64,000 nt of DNA from Tubulanus polymorphus. Taxonomy: Eukaryota; Animalia; Nemertea. A model generated the notes under the pieces. It had not been told where the DNA came from and made no database searches. It saw only the letters and a program-made list of their open reading frames with translations. The position numbers were made by a program, and so were the translations under genes. Every line of letters begins with the position of its first letter. Within the stretch, counting starts at the first letter, position 1. The DNA lies in the NCBI RefSeq assembly GCF_964204645.1, contig NC_134033.1, positions 12,904,655 through 12,968,654 of the forward strand. Direction: 5' to 3'. This document shows, in pieces, positions 28,077 through 42,800 of the stretch.

Positions 28077-31000
28077 TAAAACGCAAGTGACATTTAGTAT
28101 ATGTTAATCATGTGACGTTTGAAATTCCCTCGAAATAATTATCATTCAAATGATCATTAATCAAAATCTGCTGATGAATGTCAATTCATCAAAGTATCTC
28201 GCATAACAATTCAAAATGTTGGTAATGATAATACCTCTATTTCACAGACGACTGTTTGATGCACAACATGTTAAATGCTAATGGTTATCACCAGCGAGAC
28301 ATAAATGCTTATTATGTTTTTTGTAACGCCTATTCTCTCAAGGATGAATGTGGGCGTGTGTGTAGATTATGTGATTGTGCCAAGGTGTGCGCCGAGGTGA
28401 CCCATCGTAACAAGCATTTTTCTTCTTGGGCTCCTTCATCGGCATTGTAACTCCTGCAACATGTCTATATATGCATGTAATTATACATCATCAAAACGCT
28501 TGTTATATAGTGTTATAATTAAAATGTTACGATGTAAATGAAAATTATAATACTATTATCTAGGCATCTGTCTTTTGCCACAAAAAGCTAGCTGAATAGA
28601 ATGCTGCTTAATCGTTTAGCATTTTCTTACAGCATTCAATCATTGTGTGATGCAATGAATTGGTGATGATAAAATAATCCAGTTTCACAGTTTGAATATG
28701 GATCCAGTCCCACAGTTGTGTGATGGGTTTGATAATCAAACCCACACTGCCCCGCTCTGAATAATAGTTTTAAAAGCATCGACGAATAGAATTATTGAGC
28801 GTCCTTATTTCTAACTACATACCGCATACATAATATTTGGAATAAATTTCAATGAATCGAAAAATAGGTGTCGATATAATAAAATAAGTGTTGATATGAA
28901 AGGTGACCGACTCCTGGAACAACATTTTGAATGCTCGCCAAGAACTGAATACTCCATGTTCGACATGCGCGAGGAAAACGACCTGAACTTGATGCGGAAT
29001 ACGAATAATTTTACGGGAAAAAAAACAGTTGAAAATCATATTTATTCATCCGTACACAAGCGCCAGATTGGACGTATAAACACATGGTGCCATTCAGACA
29101 GTTCATCTCATAGTCTGGTTTACCATTCTATGAATTTATATCACATATCATTATTAAATGTCATATACATATGTATTCAGGCCCTTCATTTCTCACCACA
29201 CCAAGAAGGCATCTATCTTCTCAAAAGTTTAACTCTTAAATCGATTAACTATCTTCGTTAATTCAGTTTACGTTAAATCGATTAAGGCCTTAATCATTTT
29301 TGTGAAACTAGGCCCAGTGGTGGATCTAGGAAAATTTGAAGGCTGAGGTCCAGAAGAAAAGAAAGGGCATTTCTAGGATGAAGCAACCTCAGTCAAAGGC
29401 CTCTATTAAGTTCTGCATGGTTCCCGCCCACGCTTTTAGATACTTTATTAGCTCTTTTTCGATTAGTTTTTGACTGTGGGATCAAACTTAGACTGTGTTC
29501 GAACCAGTTTGATGTATTGTGATGGAACGCTGTAGATTCCCAACGCGGCCGTTGTCGGTCGGCGCGTACCGGTAAAGCAATTTAAATATTGGCAAGTCTG
29601 ATTAGTATGGAAAGCTGGCAAACATAAGATCAAGTACTTGTATAGTTACTTGAGAAACCTCAATTATGCGAGCCACGCGTTGCCGCCGGGATAGCATCGT
29701 CATCAAAGTAACAATATTCAAGACATTGAAATGACGTGCGGTAGGATAGAGCCATCAGCGAAGAGTGTTCAATCCACCGAATCCGATCCCCGTGAGCCGG
29801 GAGAGCGCAGCGTTGAAATTGCTAGTTTTAGTTTATGGCCGGAATGTCTTATCCGGTAAAAACAGCGTTGAAAAGTTAGTACGTGTATACAGGATAAGGA
29901 CGGTGTGTTAGGTGTTGGCAGGTTCCGAAAGAGATTTCGTTTCTTAAAAACGGCTGCGGAGCAGAGATAACAACGGGCTTTCATTCAGCTCAGATGCAGT
30001 GAGACGAAGAACTCGAGAAAATATTCCAATCTCCGGGATTCGAACCTGAAGGTATAAAATCTGAAGAGCATTTTTAAGTACATGATATATCCCACGCTTG
30101 TTAACAACCCTACAAGTCCTACTTCCTTCGGCCCACTGAGCACCACGCAGGGCATTATCAGCATGAGATTTGAAGCTTTTTCTTCTTTTCTTCCAAATAA
30201 GGGAAAGGAGGACAACGAAAAATCTTCGATACCGTAACAGAGCCTGACATAGATATTCTAAAACTGCAACGTCATATTGATTATAAGCGTATTTCCGAGA
30301 ACCATGTTTTTGTGCGTTTAAGTGCATCGTACGGATAGGCCTAGGTAAATGAACCAACTGATGCAACATTACACGTCATAGACCACACAACCGAGGGAGC
30401 GATTGAAAAAAAATATACCAAACCATCTGCCAACTAAAGGAAACTAAACCCTCCTGCCTGGACTATTTAGGAGATGAATTCAAAAAGTCTATTGATTAAT
30501 GACAGCACAATTTTTTCCACCAAGAGCTAATCCTCGTAGTAGAATAATCGGTTTTTTCGTTTGTGCGGGGAAATAATCACTATTTTCAGGCAGCTGGAAT
30601 AATAAGGACAGTTATAAAGATTTGACGGTTTGCCTTACTCATTCAGGCGATTGTCGTTGCGGCACGTTCTGCGTCTTTAATAATCATTTTCCGAGCATTA
30701 TCCTACGCTTCAAAATCGAGTACAAAACACGAGCATTTGTAGTACAGCAGTTCCCGCACGAACAGGTTAAATCTATGAAGTCGAGGTTAAGTTAATTATT
30801 TGCACTTATTGAAAACATGAGTTACGTATGAACTTATGTTTAAAATATTGAGTTCAACTCGACAGAAAAAAAATTATAAATACATATAATTTTGAAAAAT
30901 GCAAATAGTCAATAAAGTCCTTTCGATCAACCGTCGCCGTGATGGGTATATACGAACTAAGCTTTTAATGTCTAGTTATTTAATATGGGTGTCGGTATCA

Positions 31001-33594
31001 ACTACTTTTATGGACTGAATGTCCCCAATATATCTTCCATAAGGTTGTAATAGCCATTGTCCCACAACAAGACACATGTGGGTTCAATTATTCAATTGAA
31101 ATTTACTACTATACGAATATATATATATGGATGTAGGCTATATCATCTTACTACGGGTAGAAACATCTGCCAACGGGACGATGCAATTTAGACGCATTAA
31201 ATATCGATTTTAATCGCTAATTACACAACGTAAACACCACCATGCTCGCTTGCCAGTGACCGGCATCGCCCGTCCGATGATGACAACGATAATAGCTGCT
31301 ATTCAACAACACCGCACCGAGACAAACGCTCGTTAGATTACGCGTATATTGCGTGTACTTAATCAGTTATATTCATGGTCGATCTGACCGTCGAAACTTT
31401 GACCGGGTTAACCGTTTCGTTCGACCACGGCCTCTAAAATCGACTCTAAATCGAGTCGATAGTTCGGATGACCGCATCCTCGCTCAGATCCCGCGGAACT
31501 TTCGGTGAAATCACTTTAATTAATATTCACATATTAAATATTTAATATTCATACGTTTGATATGATTATTTCAGTTGGGCCCCGTGTATGAGCTCACATC
31601 GCCAACCCTTGAAATAGTTGATACCAAGGCTAGTCGTGAGAACTACTAACTCAACGGTTGGTCCGTTTGATGAGGGAAAATTCCTGAGCTGACCTTTCGA
31701 TAAGCTTGCCTATATGAAATATACATGAATATAGGATATGAAATGGTATCATAGTCCTCGTGAACTTAATTTCGATATCGCTTAATTTTCTATATTGTCG
31801 AGTGCTCATTTTGCTCAAATATGGATTAGGCCTATTGAATAAAGAGTGACTTCATTGTCTTTGCGACACGTCTTCGATCGATGAGTCTTTTTACCCCCTG
31901 GCTACTATTTACATCATATATATAACCGGGCTCATCATATGTAAACAGATGTCTGTATTTTTATGAAAACAGCTTTAACATGAACGGTAAACGCCATTAC
32001 TGAGAAACAGCACACTTTGCATATGTAAGATAATCGGGTTTTTAATTTTGGCTATCAAGGTTCTTGATAATTTTCAGTAGTGAGAAATATGGTCCTTATG
32101 AGGCCCGGAACAAGGACCGCATAAGATCCAGAGTAGTTTCCAAAATATTTGTCTATGAGAAAAACTTTTTCGACGCAACCTAAATCAATACATTTCCTGA
32201 CAGTGTAAGGCTAGCGTATTATTTTGTGGATATTTCAACATATCGTTCAACAAGGGCTACTCCAAAAACGCCGCTGCAATAGTGTTATATTCACTATTAT
32301 TTGCCCAAGGCCAGCTGTTCGCGAAATCCGAATACAGGCCAAACAACGATATTCTCTCTCCCCCCTCTCTCTCTCTCTCTCTCTCTCCTACTCTGACTAT
32401 CAGCCACTACTAGAGTTCTCTCCCCTCTTGTACAAACGAGAACAAGACCATAACCGTTGAATCATGGAAAATCGATCCGAAAACACTCAGTACCCTCGAA
32501 TATCGACGAACGCAATACTATACTAAACATACATACATATTATAATAAATCTAGAAATAAAGGATGATATGCAAATTCATCGTAAATCAAATATGATAAT
32601 TAATAATATCCAACCTGTAAATGTTGCATATAACATTTTTTATAATTTATTTGATATTGTATATGTAATAAAGTACGAGGGCCTAGATCATATATGGGTC
32701 TATCATGAGGGCATAGAACTGTTCGATCCATTACATTCTAATCAATATTGTTGCGCACGACACCGGTAAACGGTGTTTCTGTCTCCTGTTTCCCAGCGCA
32801 TTGGGCTTTACATAAAACCATCTTTCAACGCATGTTTGTAGGCAGTTGATATTGAACACGAATGGATGGACGGTCAGCTCGCCTTCACACTTGAATAAAA
32901 TATACGTTATGATATGCTGATTTTACTGATCAATTTCAGTGTGATAGTCCGGTAATGTTTCATCCGTGGCTATAGACATCAACTGGCCACCATATTTGCA
33001 TGTAGAACAGTTACCGAAATAGATCACGTTATGCTACTGTACGAGGCTTTCTGTTACACAGCGTCACGACAATATTCCGTCGTCGTTAGCGCATTACGTC
33101 TAATAATGAATATAAGCTCTATAAACGCAGATGTATTTTCGTCATGTTCATCTGATGTGTATCGTATTTCGAAGCGACGATCGCGAATCTTATCTGCTCG
33201 GGAAAATTCTACCACGAAATTGTAGCTTATCTTCGCCTAATGCAATCAAAACTTTACGATTCAAAAATAAATATGCGTGGGTAGAAATGTTAATTCCATA
33301 TATCGAGGCGTAGAGAGCCGGCCTGTTTGAACTGTTTCACTAATCAATTTCTCAGAAAATAAATTGACGGGATATCGAATAATGGGTACTTGTGAGAGGC
33401 TAGAGTTCTGAATTCGACTCTCAGCTAATCGATTACCGAATATGCTACGATAATAGAACAATCCGATCTCACAGGTGTAGCCTACACAGGGTACTACTGG
33501 AAAACGAATATTTTGAAGCTGAAGTCAAGTAGGCCTAATTAAGTAACTTATTTTAATGATCCAAAAGTATTCTTGGTTTGGCTCGAAACAAATG

Positions 33595-33780
33595 ATACCT
33601 TGTTTCTTCTTTCTGTTGAGCTTAAAAGTTGACTCGACTGGCCGCCTGTCTATCCTGTGCATTACGTTTTTTTCAAAATCATGATCAAACTAAAAATAAC
33701 AGACCCGGCAGCTATAAATGAACTGGATTACGAATTCTACTGCGATTTGTACAAAATGACCTGGCCGATTTGGAGAAATC
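33595..33780 (+). repeat. Diverged relative of the internal region of the 36809-37457 foldback element
   Basis: ttctgttgagcttaaaagttgac…aacagacccggcagctataaatgaactggattacgaatt…aaatgacctggccgatttggagaaa matches 37031-37205. Confidence 0.75.
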
Positions 33781-36226
33781 TAAATTTCTATTAGTAAAAT
33801 TTGTATTACCAAAGATACGTTTACCTGTAATGCCTAACCTGCCTAGCATTAGATATACTCGACGCGCACGTGGCGCGTCCGTATCTGATGGTAATACAAG
33901 GTATCATATTTCTACTATCTTAGTTGAAAAAATGCAGACTTGATATACGTATGCAATTTATTTCTATATTTTGATGATATTTCATAATCTTTTAGAAAAT
34001 AAATTATCATGAATGATTTTTCATGAAATAAAAAAAAATGAATTCAAATTCGTCCGATTGTGATCGTCGCTTTGTATTCTAGCTCGTAACAGCAGTAGGC
34101 AGTTAGTCATCGTAATATTCCAAACTATACGCAGAGAAAATGAAGAAATATCTTCTCACACAAAAAGCTGACACCACCAGCGCACATTATGGTGTGCTTA
34201 TCATCAAAAGGCATTTGAATATCAATGCGAAACATTAATAAATCAGTATAGTAAACTATAGACTGCAGACGTGCACGAAGGCAGGCAGCCGTCAATTTAG
34301 CAACTGAAAACTAACTATAGAAAAAAGCTGATATCTATCTCGTGTTCCAGGTGTGCGGTGATTAAAAATGGCGAAGCCTGCTTCGAAGATCGCGGGTGAT
34401 TGTATGTCGGAAATTGAAATATGACGACTTTTTCGCCTAGACGCTAAACAAGTGCGTCGCAGTCGACGAGACGTGTGTGAATATTGCGCAATTATTGGAA
34501 ACACGCTGTTTGATCCGAGCGAAGATTGTCAAAATTCGTTCAGAAAAGTGGCACCAACTATACGTCACCAGACAACGGGAATTATTTATTCACCGAGACG
34601 GCTCGGATCTGCTGCACTGTGCGGGGTGAAATTTAGCCCGAGGAATGCGTGGTTGAGCTCGTTTTTAACTTTGGAGCTGAAGGGCGATTTTTGCAAAATT
34701 TGATGGTCATGAAAATATGGCATTTTGGCGATTTCCATCGGTATAACGAAGGTCCAAGCAAATTAACAAATTTGATATGTATTCGTTCAACTCTTACTAC
34801 GGGCCTAGACAAAGACTTAAACTTTTTTCATATAAAGAACTCAGCCAGCAACCGAACGGACGATTCCCTCGCATTTCCCAAATCAAACAAAATATCGGGA
34901 CGAAATTATGGCTGAATCGCTTCTTTGAACTTCAACCCGGCTAGAAATTGCCGACCACACGGCTTCGAGTGAATAGCTGCAATCATTTAATAACTCTACG
35001 ACTCTCCGAGTCAAATCTAACCGAACGAAGCCCGACTCCAAGACGTCTTTACCAATTTGGGATGAAAATAATACCGCACAAAGCTCTCCCATTTTGGTTC
35101 TTTAACCAACAAATGTATTCATTTTACAACTGCATCGCGAATTGAATTTAACTTACCACGTGTTTGCCACGGCGTTCTGTCGTGTCGATTTTCAAATGTA
35201 AACCAAAACTTGACGTGTATCAACGTTACTCTAATATATGTTTACGTTTAGACAAGCAAAATATCTAAACATTAGAATATCGACTTATTTCGTTATGAGT
35301 TTCAGCCTACAGTCATCTTACCCCAGTGATACAGTATACGATAATTCACTTCCAAACTAAAACGTAACTAACGGTAATACTTGCATAGTTTGCCGAACAA
35401 GCGAATGTCTGAGTGTAAAACGATATATTGGAATTGTCATTGCAAGGCGGACAAGAAGTTTCGTCGGTTTCAGAATTTGACTATGACGCTAACGCGTTGT
35501 TGATGCCACAAGAAAGAACGACGCGCTGTCAGAAAACTGCTTTCTCGATCGCATTAGCCGGAACCGTTTTTATTTCTCAACTTTACGTATATGAATTTGC
35601 TCGGAACGTTTATTCCTAGATCACGCAATCTCACGCAATATCTCCTTCGTGTAGGTCGCTGGTCCTATAAGGTCGTCGTGAGCGACTAACACTATTCTGC
35701 ACTTTTTTATCCTCTCCGCGGTTTGGTCGTTTTTCCAGACTCGGCGTGAGTTATATTTATAAACTGAACCTTATCGTACGGGTGTTTAAGCCGCGATGTT
35801 CGCAATCACATATATATCTCAATCACGAAAATAGAATCCAATTTCTTAATCGAAATGATCCATTCACGACATAAACACGCTTCCTATTTTTCGACGGACT
35901 CGAATATTTCTGTAACCTATGCACATCCGCGCGATTGCATTCGCAAACTGAAACACACGTAGCCGATCGTAGAAAACTTCGTTACGGTCACCAGTAGAAT
36001 CTTTTATTATCCCCAATCGGTACAGTCGTTAGCGCTGTTTGATACATTGATTATGTATACATGGCTTTAATTATTCTTTTTCTTATGCGATTACGGCGGC
36101 GACTGTACGCACTCGATCGGCGCGAGCTAGCTCTCAACGCGGCGCATGGCTCTAATAGCAGTCCTATGATATATATTTGACGAATATTGTCGCGCTCATT
36201 GAGCGTTGTGTGTGCACGTTTGCATG

Positions 36227-36249
36227 TATATATATATATATATATATAT
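36227..36249. repeat. (TA)~11 microsatellite
   Basis: Directly visible. Confidence 0.9.
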
Positions 36250-36808
36250 CATCACTGCAGCAGGCAGCGAGTGGAATCGATGGTGTTCTGGGCACGCTAG
36301 TGTGTTCAGTCGTTGGGCCAGCTGTCGCGTAATGCAAAGCTGGAATTCTATCGTGAGAGGTCGAGCTAAGCGAGGCGGAGAGACCGAATTGCGTGTTACA
36401 GAATAATCCTCCGTCGATGAATTAGCCTCTTCGAAAATTCGAAAAAGGAGGATACAGCAGTTATTCATGGTAAAATCTCGATCTGAGTTTGCAGTTCGCG
36501 TGATGTTGAATAAAACATCGAAAGCGCGATGACCAACACTTGCGCAAGAACCGCCGAGAAATAGTATTATGCTGATTGGGTTCGATTTGGTACAAATAAA
36601 TCGCTGGCATTTTCGCTCGACGCCATCGGACATTTTCATTGTTCGCTTATCACGCGGCGATTCATGATGTGTTGGCTAAGATTATCGACTAATCAAAATG
36701 TGGGAGGATTTGACAAGAAATCGCTCTCTCACACTTCATCGTCTCACTCCGTTTGACCGGGTCAAACGCGTTCGCTATTTCCGCGATACCCGCGGTCAAA
36801 GGCGTCGG

Positions 36809-37457
36809 GGAGTTTTCGAAAAAGCCATCTTTACATTGGGATCCGCAGTCTAAATTGCGCTATTTTCAGTAAATTGATTTCAAATACTTTATGAAACTTA
36901 ACCATGGAACAATTTTCAGATAAGCTTACATCATTGTCTAATCAGTATTTATCTAAGTGGAGCTGGCACCAAAATCGTAATGATTGATTCAATGATGAAA
37001 TGACACAATTCGTAGCAGTGATACTGCGCTGATACCATATTTCTCAATTCTGATGAGCTTAAATGTTGACCCGGTCGGCCACATATCTACCCTGAACGTT
37101 AACTTGATCAAGCTAACCATATAACAGACCCGGTAGCTATAGAAATGAACTGATTACGAATTTTATTGCAGTTTACGAAAATGACCCGGCCGATTAGGAG
37201 AAACAAGGTACACATTTCATTGTCAGTCTTAGCTCCGTAATGGACGGCTCCAACTACGCAGCTTTGTTCCACGTGTTTCAACAGAATTTGATTGGTGCCA
37301 GCTCCACTTAGATAGATACTGATTAGACAATGATGTAAGCTTATCTGAAAATTGTTCCACGGTTTAAGTTTCATAAAGTATTTGAAAACCATTTACTGAA
37401 AATAGCGCAATTTAGACTGCGGATCCCAATGTAAAGATGGCTTTTTTCGAAAACTCC
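36809..37457. mobile_element. Foldback or long-TIR element: ~165-bp inverted arms (36809-36972 and 37292-37457) around a 319-bp spacer
   Basis: By eye the arms differ by about 4 substitutions and 2 single-base indels. No clear TSD. Confidence 0.85.
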
Positions 37458-38877
37458 TTATTCCGACGATGAGTTCCCTCTACAGGATTAAACACTGGTC
37501 GTTAGGAATCCGGTTAACAGAAACAATCGCCGCCGCCGAAAGCGCATCAATTGTTTGTGCTTCCATGCGAGATTCGATAAGAAAAACGAAAATAAACTAA
37601 GAGCATTACCGTATAATTCGCGTCCTCGATTTGAATATAAAACCTACGTTCAAAGTAGTTTAAGCGATTTGAAATAGATGTCGATTAATTATCATTATTA
37701 GACGTTAGTTTGGCATTAGCCTCAGCGACCGAGGCGTGCAGACCCGCAGCTTAGTTCAGTTTCGCGGTAACTGCTGCTGCTGCAGCAGCGACTAGCGAGG
37801 AGACGATAACCGGCAGATTTTCCAGCTCGTATTCGTGAAATGTTTATTTATTCGCGAAGTAAAAGAAAATGTGACTATATTGTGAAAACGTTAGTTGAGC
37901 GATAGGACTCACTTACGGATACCAGATTGACCATCAGTCTTTTTATCAACTAAGTTAAAACATATTTCTAACGCAAAAATGATTCAAGACGTAGGCCCTA
38001 CCTGAATAAAGGAATGTCTATTCCATTTCTTCTTTTAATCGTAGCAATTTTTGTACGGCGAAATATTCTCGAACGCGACAAGGGGGACTAAGTCTAGTAG
38101 TCGGAGTGAAGGATACGATTCACGGCCCCCGAAATAGTTCTGCCAGTATAGCATCCGGATGTTACCACAATTGAATGGTCAAGTCATGTCTTCTCACCGT
38201 CAGACAACACGGCGGTATATACGACGTCCTTTTGACCCTGAGATGTGTCTTCATTCCGTATACAGACACGTAGGCCTACTATACGAACATATCATACACT
38301 ACAGTCTCACGACTGAGTCTCGGTCGCCGGCTATAACGACATTATCCATCGTCGGATAATTGAATCTGTCATCCGAGACGTCTAGGAGTCATCCGTCGAT
38401 ATTTGGGTCAGTTTTGTGGCTAGGTGGCTCTGACGTAGGACGATACGGTTTCAGCTAAGTCTTGTCAACACGCGACTATTAGGATTTCAAGAACGTATGC
38501 ATGCTATCGCGCAATGGATATCGTGGCATGGACTGTATTCATCACTGGCGGCCATTGCGAACTTAACGATCTCACATGTCATAATAGACCATGTGCAGTT
38601 CTACTCTTGGTGGGGGTTTTAGTATTCGAGATGTGAAATTGAATCTAATAAATCTAATCAGAATCTTTAAAACCGAGTTCCTAAACTCCTTCCCTAATAT
38701 CGAGATCATGGAAAATGTGTGGCCAGATTAAAAAATGCTTAACCAATTATTTGGTCGCAAAATACTAATGCCCGCAACGTGGCCGCCATTTAATTGTTTA
38801 TATATGTAAAGGGTGATTCTTGTAACGAATGTGCGTGTATGTGTAAGTGATGAGTGCATGTGAGTGTGATTGTTGAC

Positions 38878-39022
38878 CGAGGGGTGAGGACTCGTATAAG
38901 TCAAATTTTGACTTCTCCTTACTCCTCGCACTATATATTGTTACTCTGAATATAATGTATATTGTGTCGATATTTTTTGTAACAATTTATTTTGCAAATA
39001 AATTCAATATTCAATATTCAAT
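38878..39022 (+). mobile_element. 3' end of a CR1/L2-group LINE (stem-loop, AATAAA and tandem tail)
   Basis: Hairpin cgaggggtgagga…aagtcaa(att)ttgactt…tccttactcctcg, followed by a T-rich tract and aaataaa(ttcaata)2ttcaat. Confidence 0.6.
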
Positions 39023-40376
39023 TAATTATCTTTGACGTATGTGTTAAATTAAGTACCTAATAACAATTTCAAAATAAGGAAATCCAAGTGATTGCTAACG
39101 ATGGAAAAACTAAACAATATCGAAATTTCTTTTCTATTCATGAAAGGCAAAAATCTATACGTTTGATGCGCATTGCGTGACGCGCTAACTTCCATCCGCT
39201 ATGACGGCGGTGCATTGGTGAATAAATGCTTTGTTTTTATAGCTCTAACAAATCTATCACTTTGCGCGATCGATACCGTATCGATTTCCTACGTTCTATC
39301 AATCAAGGCGATTACTATCTCATTAGCTTTATATCGATAGTATGTGCGCCGCGACCACGAGAGTCGAATACACATAAAACGTCGCCAGAGACCGTGATGT
39401 TTTAGAGCGCCGAGTGAGTGTTCTAGCGCATAGGTTTTTATTACACCTACTACGCGTAATGCAGGAAGTATCAGTCATAAATTATTCCCATCATCGCGAA
39501 CTAATACAGAAGTAGCGCCCGAAAATATTTCTGATAGCATATTTTATGTATACGTAATGTATGCATATGAGAACCAGAGCCGTTGTGATTTGTCGAATAC
39601 GAGACTGTATAGACAGACGTTCTATATATGAAAATAATGATCAGATTAACCAATGGCTACCCGGACCGAGAAGAGTTTTCGACATATTTCCCGCGTCGTG
39701 TCTAATCGATTCGAATTCTCTTTCGAATAACTTGTAAAAATACAAGATGATGATTCATATTATAAGTTTCTATACAATTCAGTTGTTTTTTAATCGAGGG
39801 ATCTGAATTAGTATTGATCATTCGAGAGCTTTAGACGTCGTTTCAGCTATTGATTCTGTTATTCGGTCAGGTCACTCAACCCACCAGGTGGTGGTGTTAG
39901 TCGGGAGCCTTTAACCATCTTATGCGTGTTGTGTGCTGTCGCAAAAACGTAGACTGATTGTGACCTATATACGACATCATCTGTAAAGAACCTATGGATT
40001 AGCCCATAGATGAGATATTCTGTGCAGCAGGCTGGTGATCTGTAAATCCGCCATATTCTAACTCGATGGCGGCGGCCATTTTACCGACCTATATTCACTC
40101 TAAACAGCCGCTGAAGATGCAAAGTATGTGACGTCTCAGCGAATCGCTATAAATCGATGTTTTGGTCCACATTTTAGCCGCTTAAGGCTACTGGAGAAAG
40201 CTGACGGAATGCTATATCCATTTAGATGAATTAGCACCACACCCCTGCAGGTGTGCCGATCGAATATCGATACGTTTCGTCCATATGGATATAGATTATA
40301 TAGGTGATTGAGCTACCTGTTTATATATATTATACGAAATCACCAGTTAGTTATGTGCATTAGTTGGTGAGAGATT

Positions 40377-40722
40377 CATCCTCGCTTGCAAGGGTCGAAT
40401 TGCTGCCAGCCGAAACTTACGCCAACAAAAAACCCTGGCCACAGTTCCTTCATTGGTCTATTACACTGCCAAAGATTTCTTGGGTGAACAGGTTGTCTCT
40501 AAACGGCCACCCGTCTATGTATTAAGCTAAACATATGCGTTGGTTTTCACCGGCAGATTCGCCATACATCTGATTGGCTGGATGGACTGGTGGGCGCTTA
40601 GCAGCAACATGTCCGCCCAAGAAACCTCGAGCAATTTAACAGACCAATGAAAGGTTTGCGGCCAGGCTTTGTGTTGGCGTGAGCTTCGACAGGAGGCAAT
40701 CAAACCCTGGCAAGCGAGGATC
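40377..40722. mobile_element. MITE with ~130-bp degenerate TIRs and CATCCTCGCTTG termini
   Basis: The left arm catcctcgcttgcaaggg…cttacgccaacaaaaaaccctggcc…cattggtct…tttcttggg is mirrored by cccaagaaa…agaccaatg…ggccaggctttgtgttggcgtgag…ccctggcaagcgaggatc. Confidence 0.85.
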
Positions 40723-41639
40723 GAGTTTAAGCCAGAACTGCATGAACAGAGCAGAACGCATGGGATGATAGAGCACGCACAGTTAATATGGCTTTTTAAT
40801 TGAAGGAAATATTGAATAAATCATGGTGGAATAAAAAGAGTGGGCGACTAAAGGAAGATCTTCGGCATGGCTTGCGCGGAAAGAATATGATATAAAATCA
40901 TACATTCAAGCTATACTATATAGAAGAACTCGCAAAACACCTATGGCAATTGAGGATCCATCTGGCGCGTGAGCGTGCATCTCAGATTCAATAACTTACG
41001 ACTGAAACTGATAACATCTCGAGCTAGAAATAAGAACCCAATCGATGATTCTAGATGCGTGAGTTGATTAATTTGGATCTAGCTTGTCCTACTGTCAGGA
41101 ATCGGGACAGCACGCGAGTATCCTATTACATATTCATTCTCTATCTATACGACTATGTGATACCGCGTGACGTACTACATGTATATCGACTAGTGATGAC
41201 ATCAGTATGCAGATGTATTCTATATTATTTCTATAGAGAGAAGAGAGAAGAAAAATGATCGATTTTTCTCTGAGCCATCTATCATTCGTCCTAGTGGCGG
41301 CGAAGATTAACAAAACTCCCCGCGGTAGATTAATCGCTTTCGACCAATCGAGTCAAGGTTAACTGCGGCGTTCGTGAGCTCTGTTTCGCCCAACAAATTG
41401 CGCTCGATATATTCAAAACATAGAGCAGCGTCTGTCGATCTTAAAACCTGGCCATCAGGTCACGGCCTCACAACCCGAGCGACTTAAAGCAACAGACAAC
41501 AACTAATAAGCGAGCGACGGGGCATGAGTCTCCCATCACAAGGATGTCCGTAGTTTGTTTGCTCAATTTGTGACGAATCCCTGCCGATGCAAGCACCAGA
41601 AGACATCTCTAATATATAAGCGTATGACGGGACATATAA

Positions 41640-41733
41640 AGCCGAGCGTAGGGCGGCCTTGCGACGCTACGCGATCGTCGTTGGCGGTCGCAGTGAGTCG
41701 CAAGCCGTCGCAAGGCCGACCAAACGCCCGCCT
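41640..41733. mobile_element. GC-rich palindromic MITE flanked by TAA (PIF/Harbinger- or Tourist-like)
   Basis: taa|agccgagcgtagggcggccttgcgacg…cgtcgcaaggccgaccaaacgcccgcct|taa. Confidence 0.6.
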
Positions 41734-42800
41734 TAAGTCTCCCTCCACAAGGATCTCCTTGTTTGCTTGCTCAAGTTGTGAAGGCTAAGTTCGCGCTTTA
41801 GCTTTACGTAAAATCAAACTGCAGCTGATTATAACGGAATTCTTGCAGCGGGTTGCGAGATATATCGCCACGAGACCAAAACCTACGTTACAATAGTTTA
41901 GTTGAAAACCCGCCATATTATACGTTCTAATGTTTTACAATAGTGGAGACTCTAAAATCTCGAGTCTATTGTGTGAGTTAATTAAAATTAAATGCCCTCC
42001 ATTTATCATCATAATGCTTTTCTCTCTAATCTATCGCCACTTAGTTTCCTTGCTGTGCATTTCTTTTTAATCTCTTTTTCTTATTTTGCTACCACTTCGT
42101 TTGTTTTTTTATTGTTTCTCTGTAATTTTACTGTATGTTCTCTTGTATTCATCTTGATGTTTCATTGCGTGTCATTTCCCATGTAATTTCTGTATTATTT
42201 GGAGCAATGAAATAATAGTCCAAGTATCTATTTCCCCGCATCCGATGTGGCTACTCTACTCTACCGCGTACGGTGCTGTTCGTAGCCTTTGCCGTTTTCC
42301 CGAGAGCAATTTTCATAGCTGGATTGGAAATGCTGCGTCATCATTTTTTGCAAAACGACACCATCCCCTCCTTCGACAAGAAAGACGCGGTACCGAGTAT
42401 GCAGCAGTTCATATCTGTCCACAGTACATGTAGTTTACTACAGACACTTGTAATAATGTCTTGATTTAGATATTTCCTCAATGAATGAACGAATGAACGC
42501 AGTCGATCTTGCATATTCCTTGCTGCTTCATCCACAGAAACATCACAAGCTATTTATTAGAAGTACTTCACCGCGTACAGAGAGTTACAAGTGTGCGGTT
42601 CAAATGACATCTTTTCATGTGTATATATCTGTTAGTAATTTCGTTGTTGTTGTTGCGTGTGTGTTTGTGCGAAGCTGCTCTCAGTTGGTTCGGGTAGCGA
42701 ACAATTTACAAAAATCTTTGATGAAATAATCAATGCTTTGTTACCATGGTTATATGGTCTTGGTACGAAGAACAATCGGAAAATCGAATACGCTTTTTAT

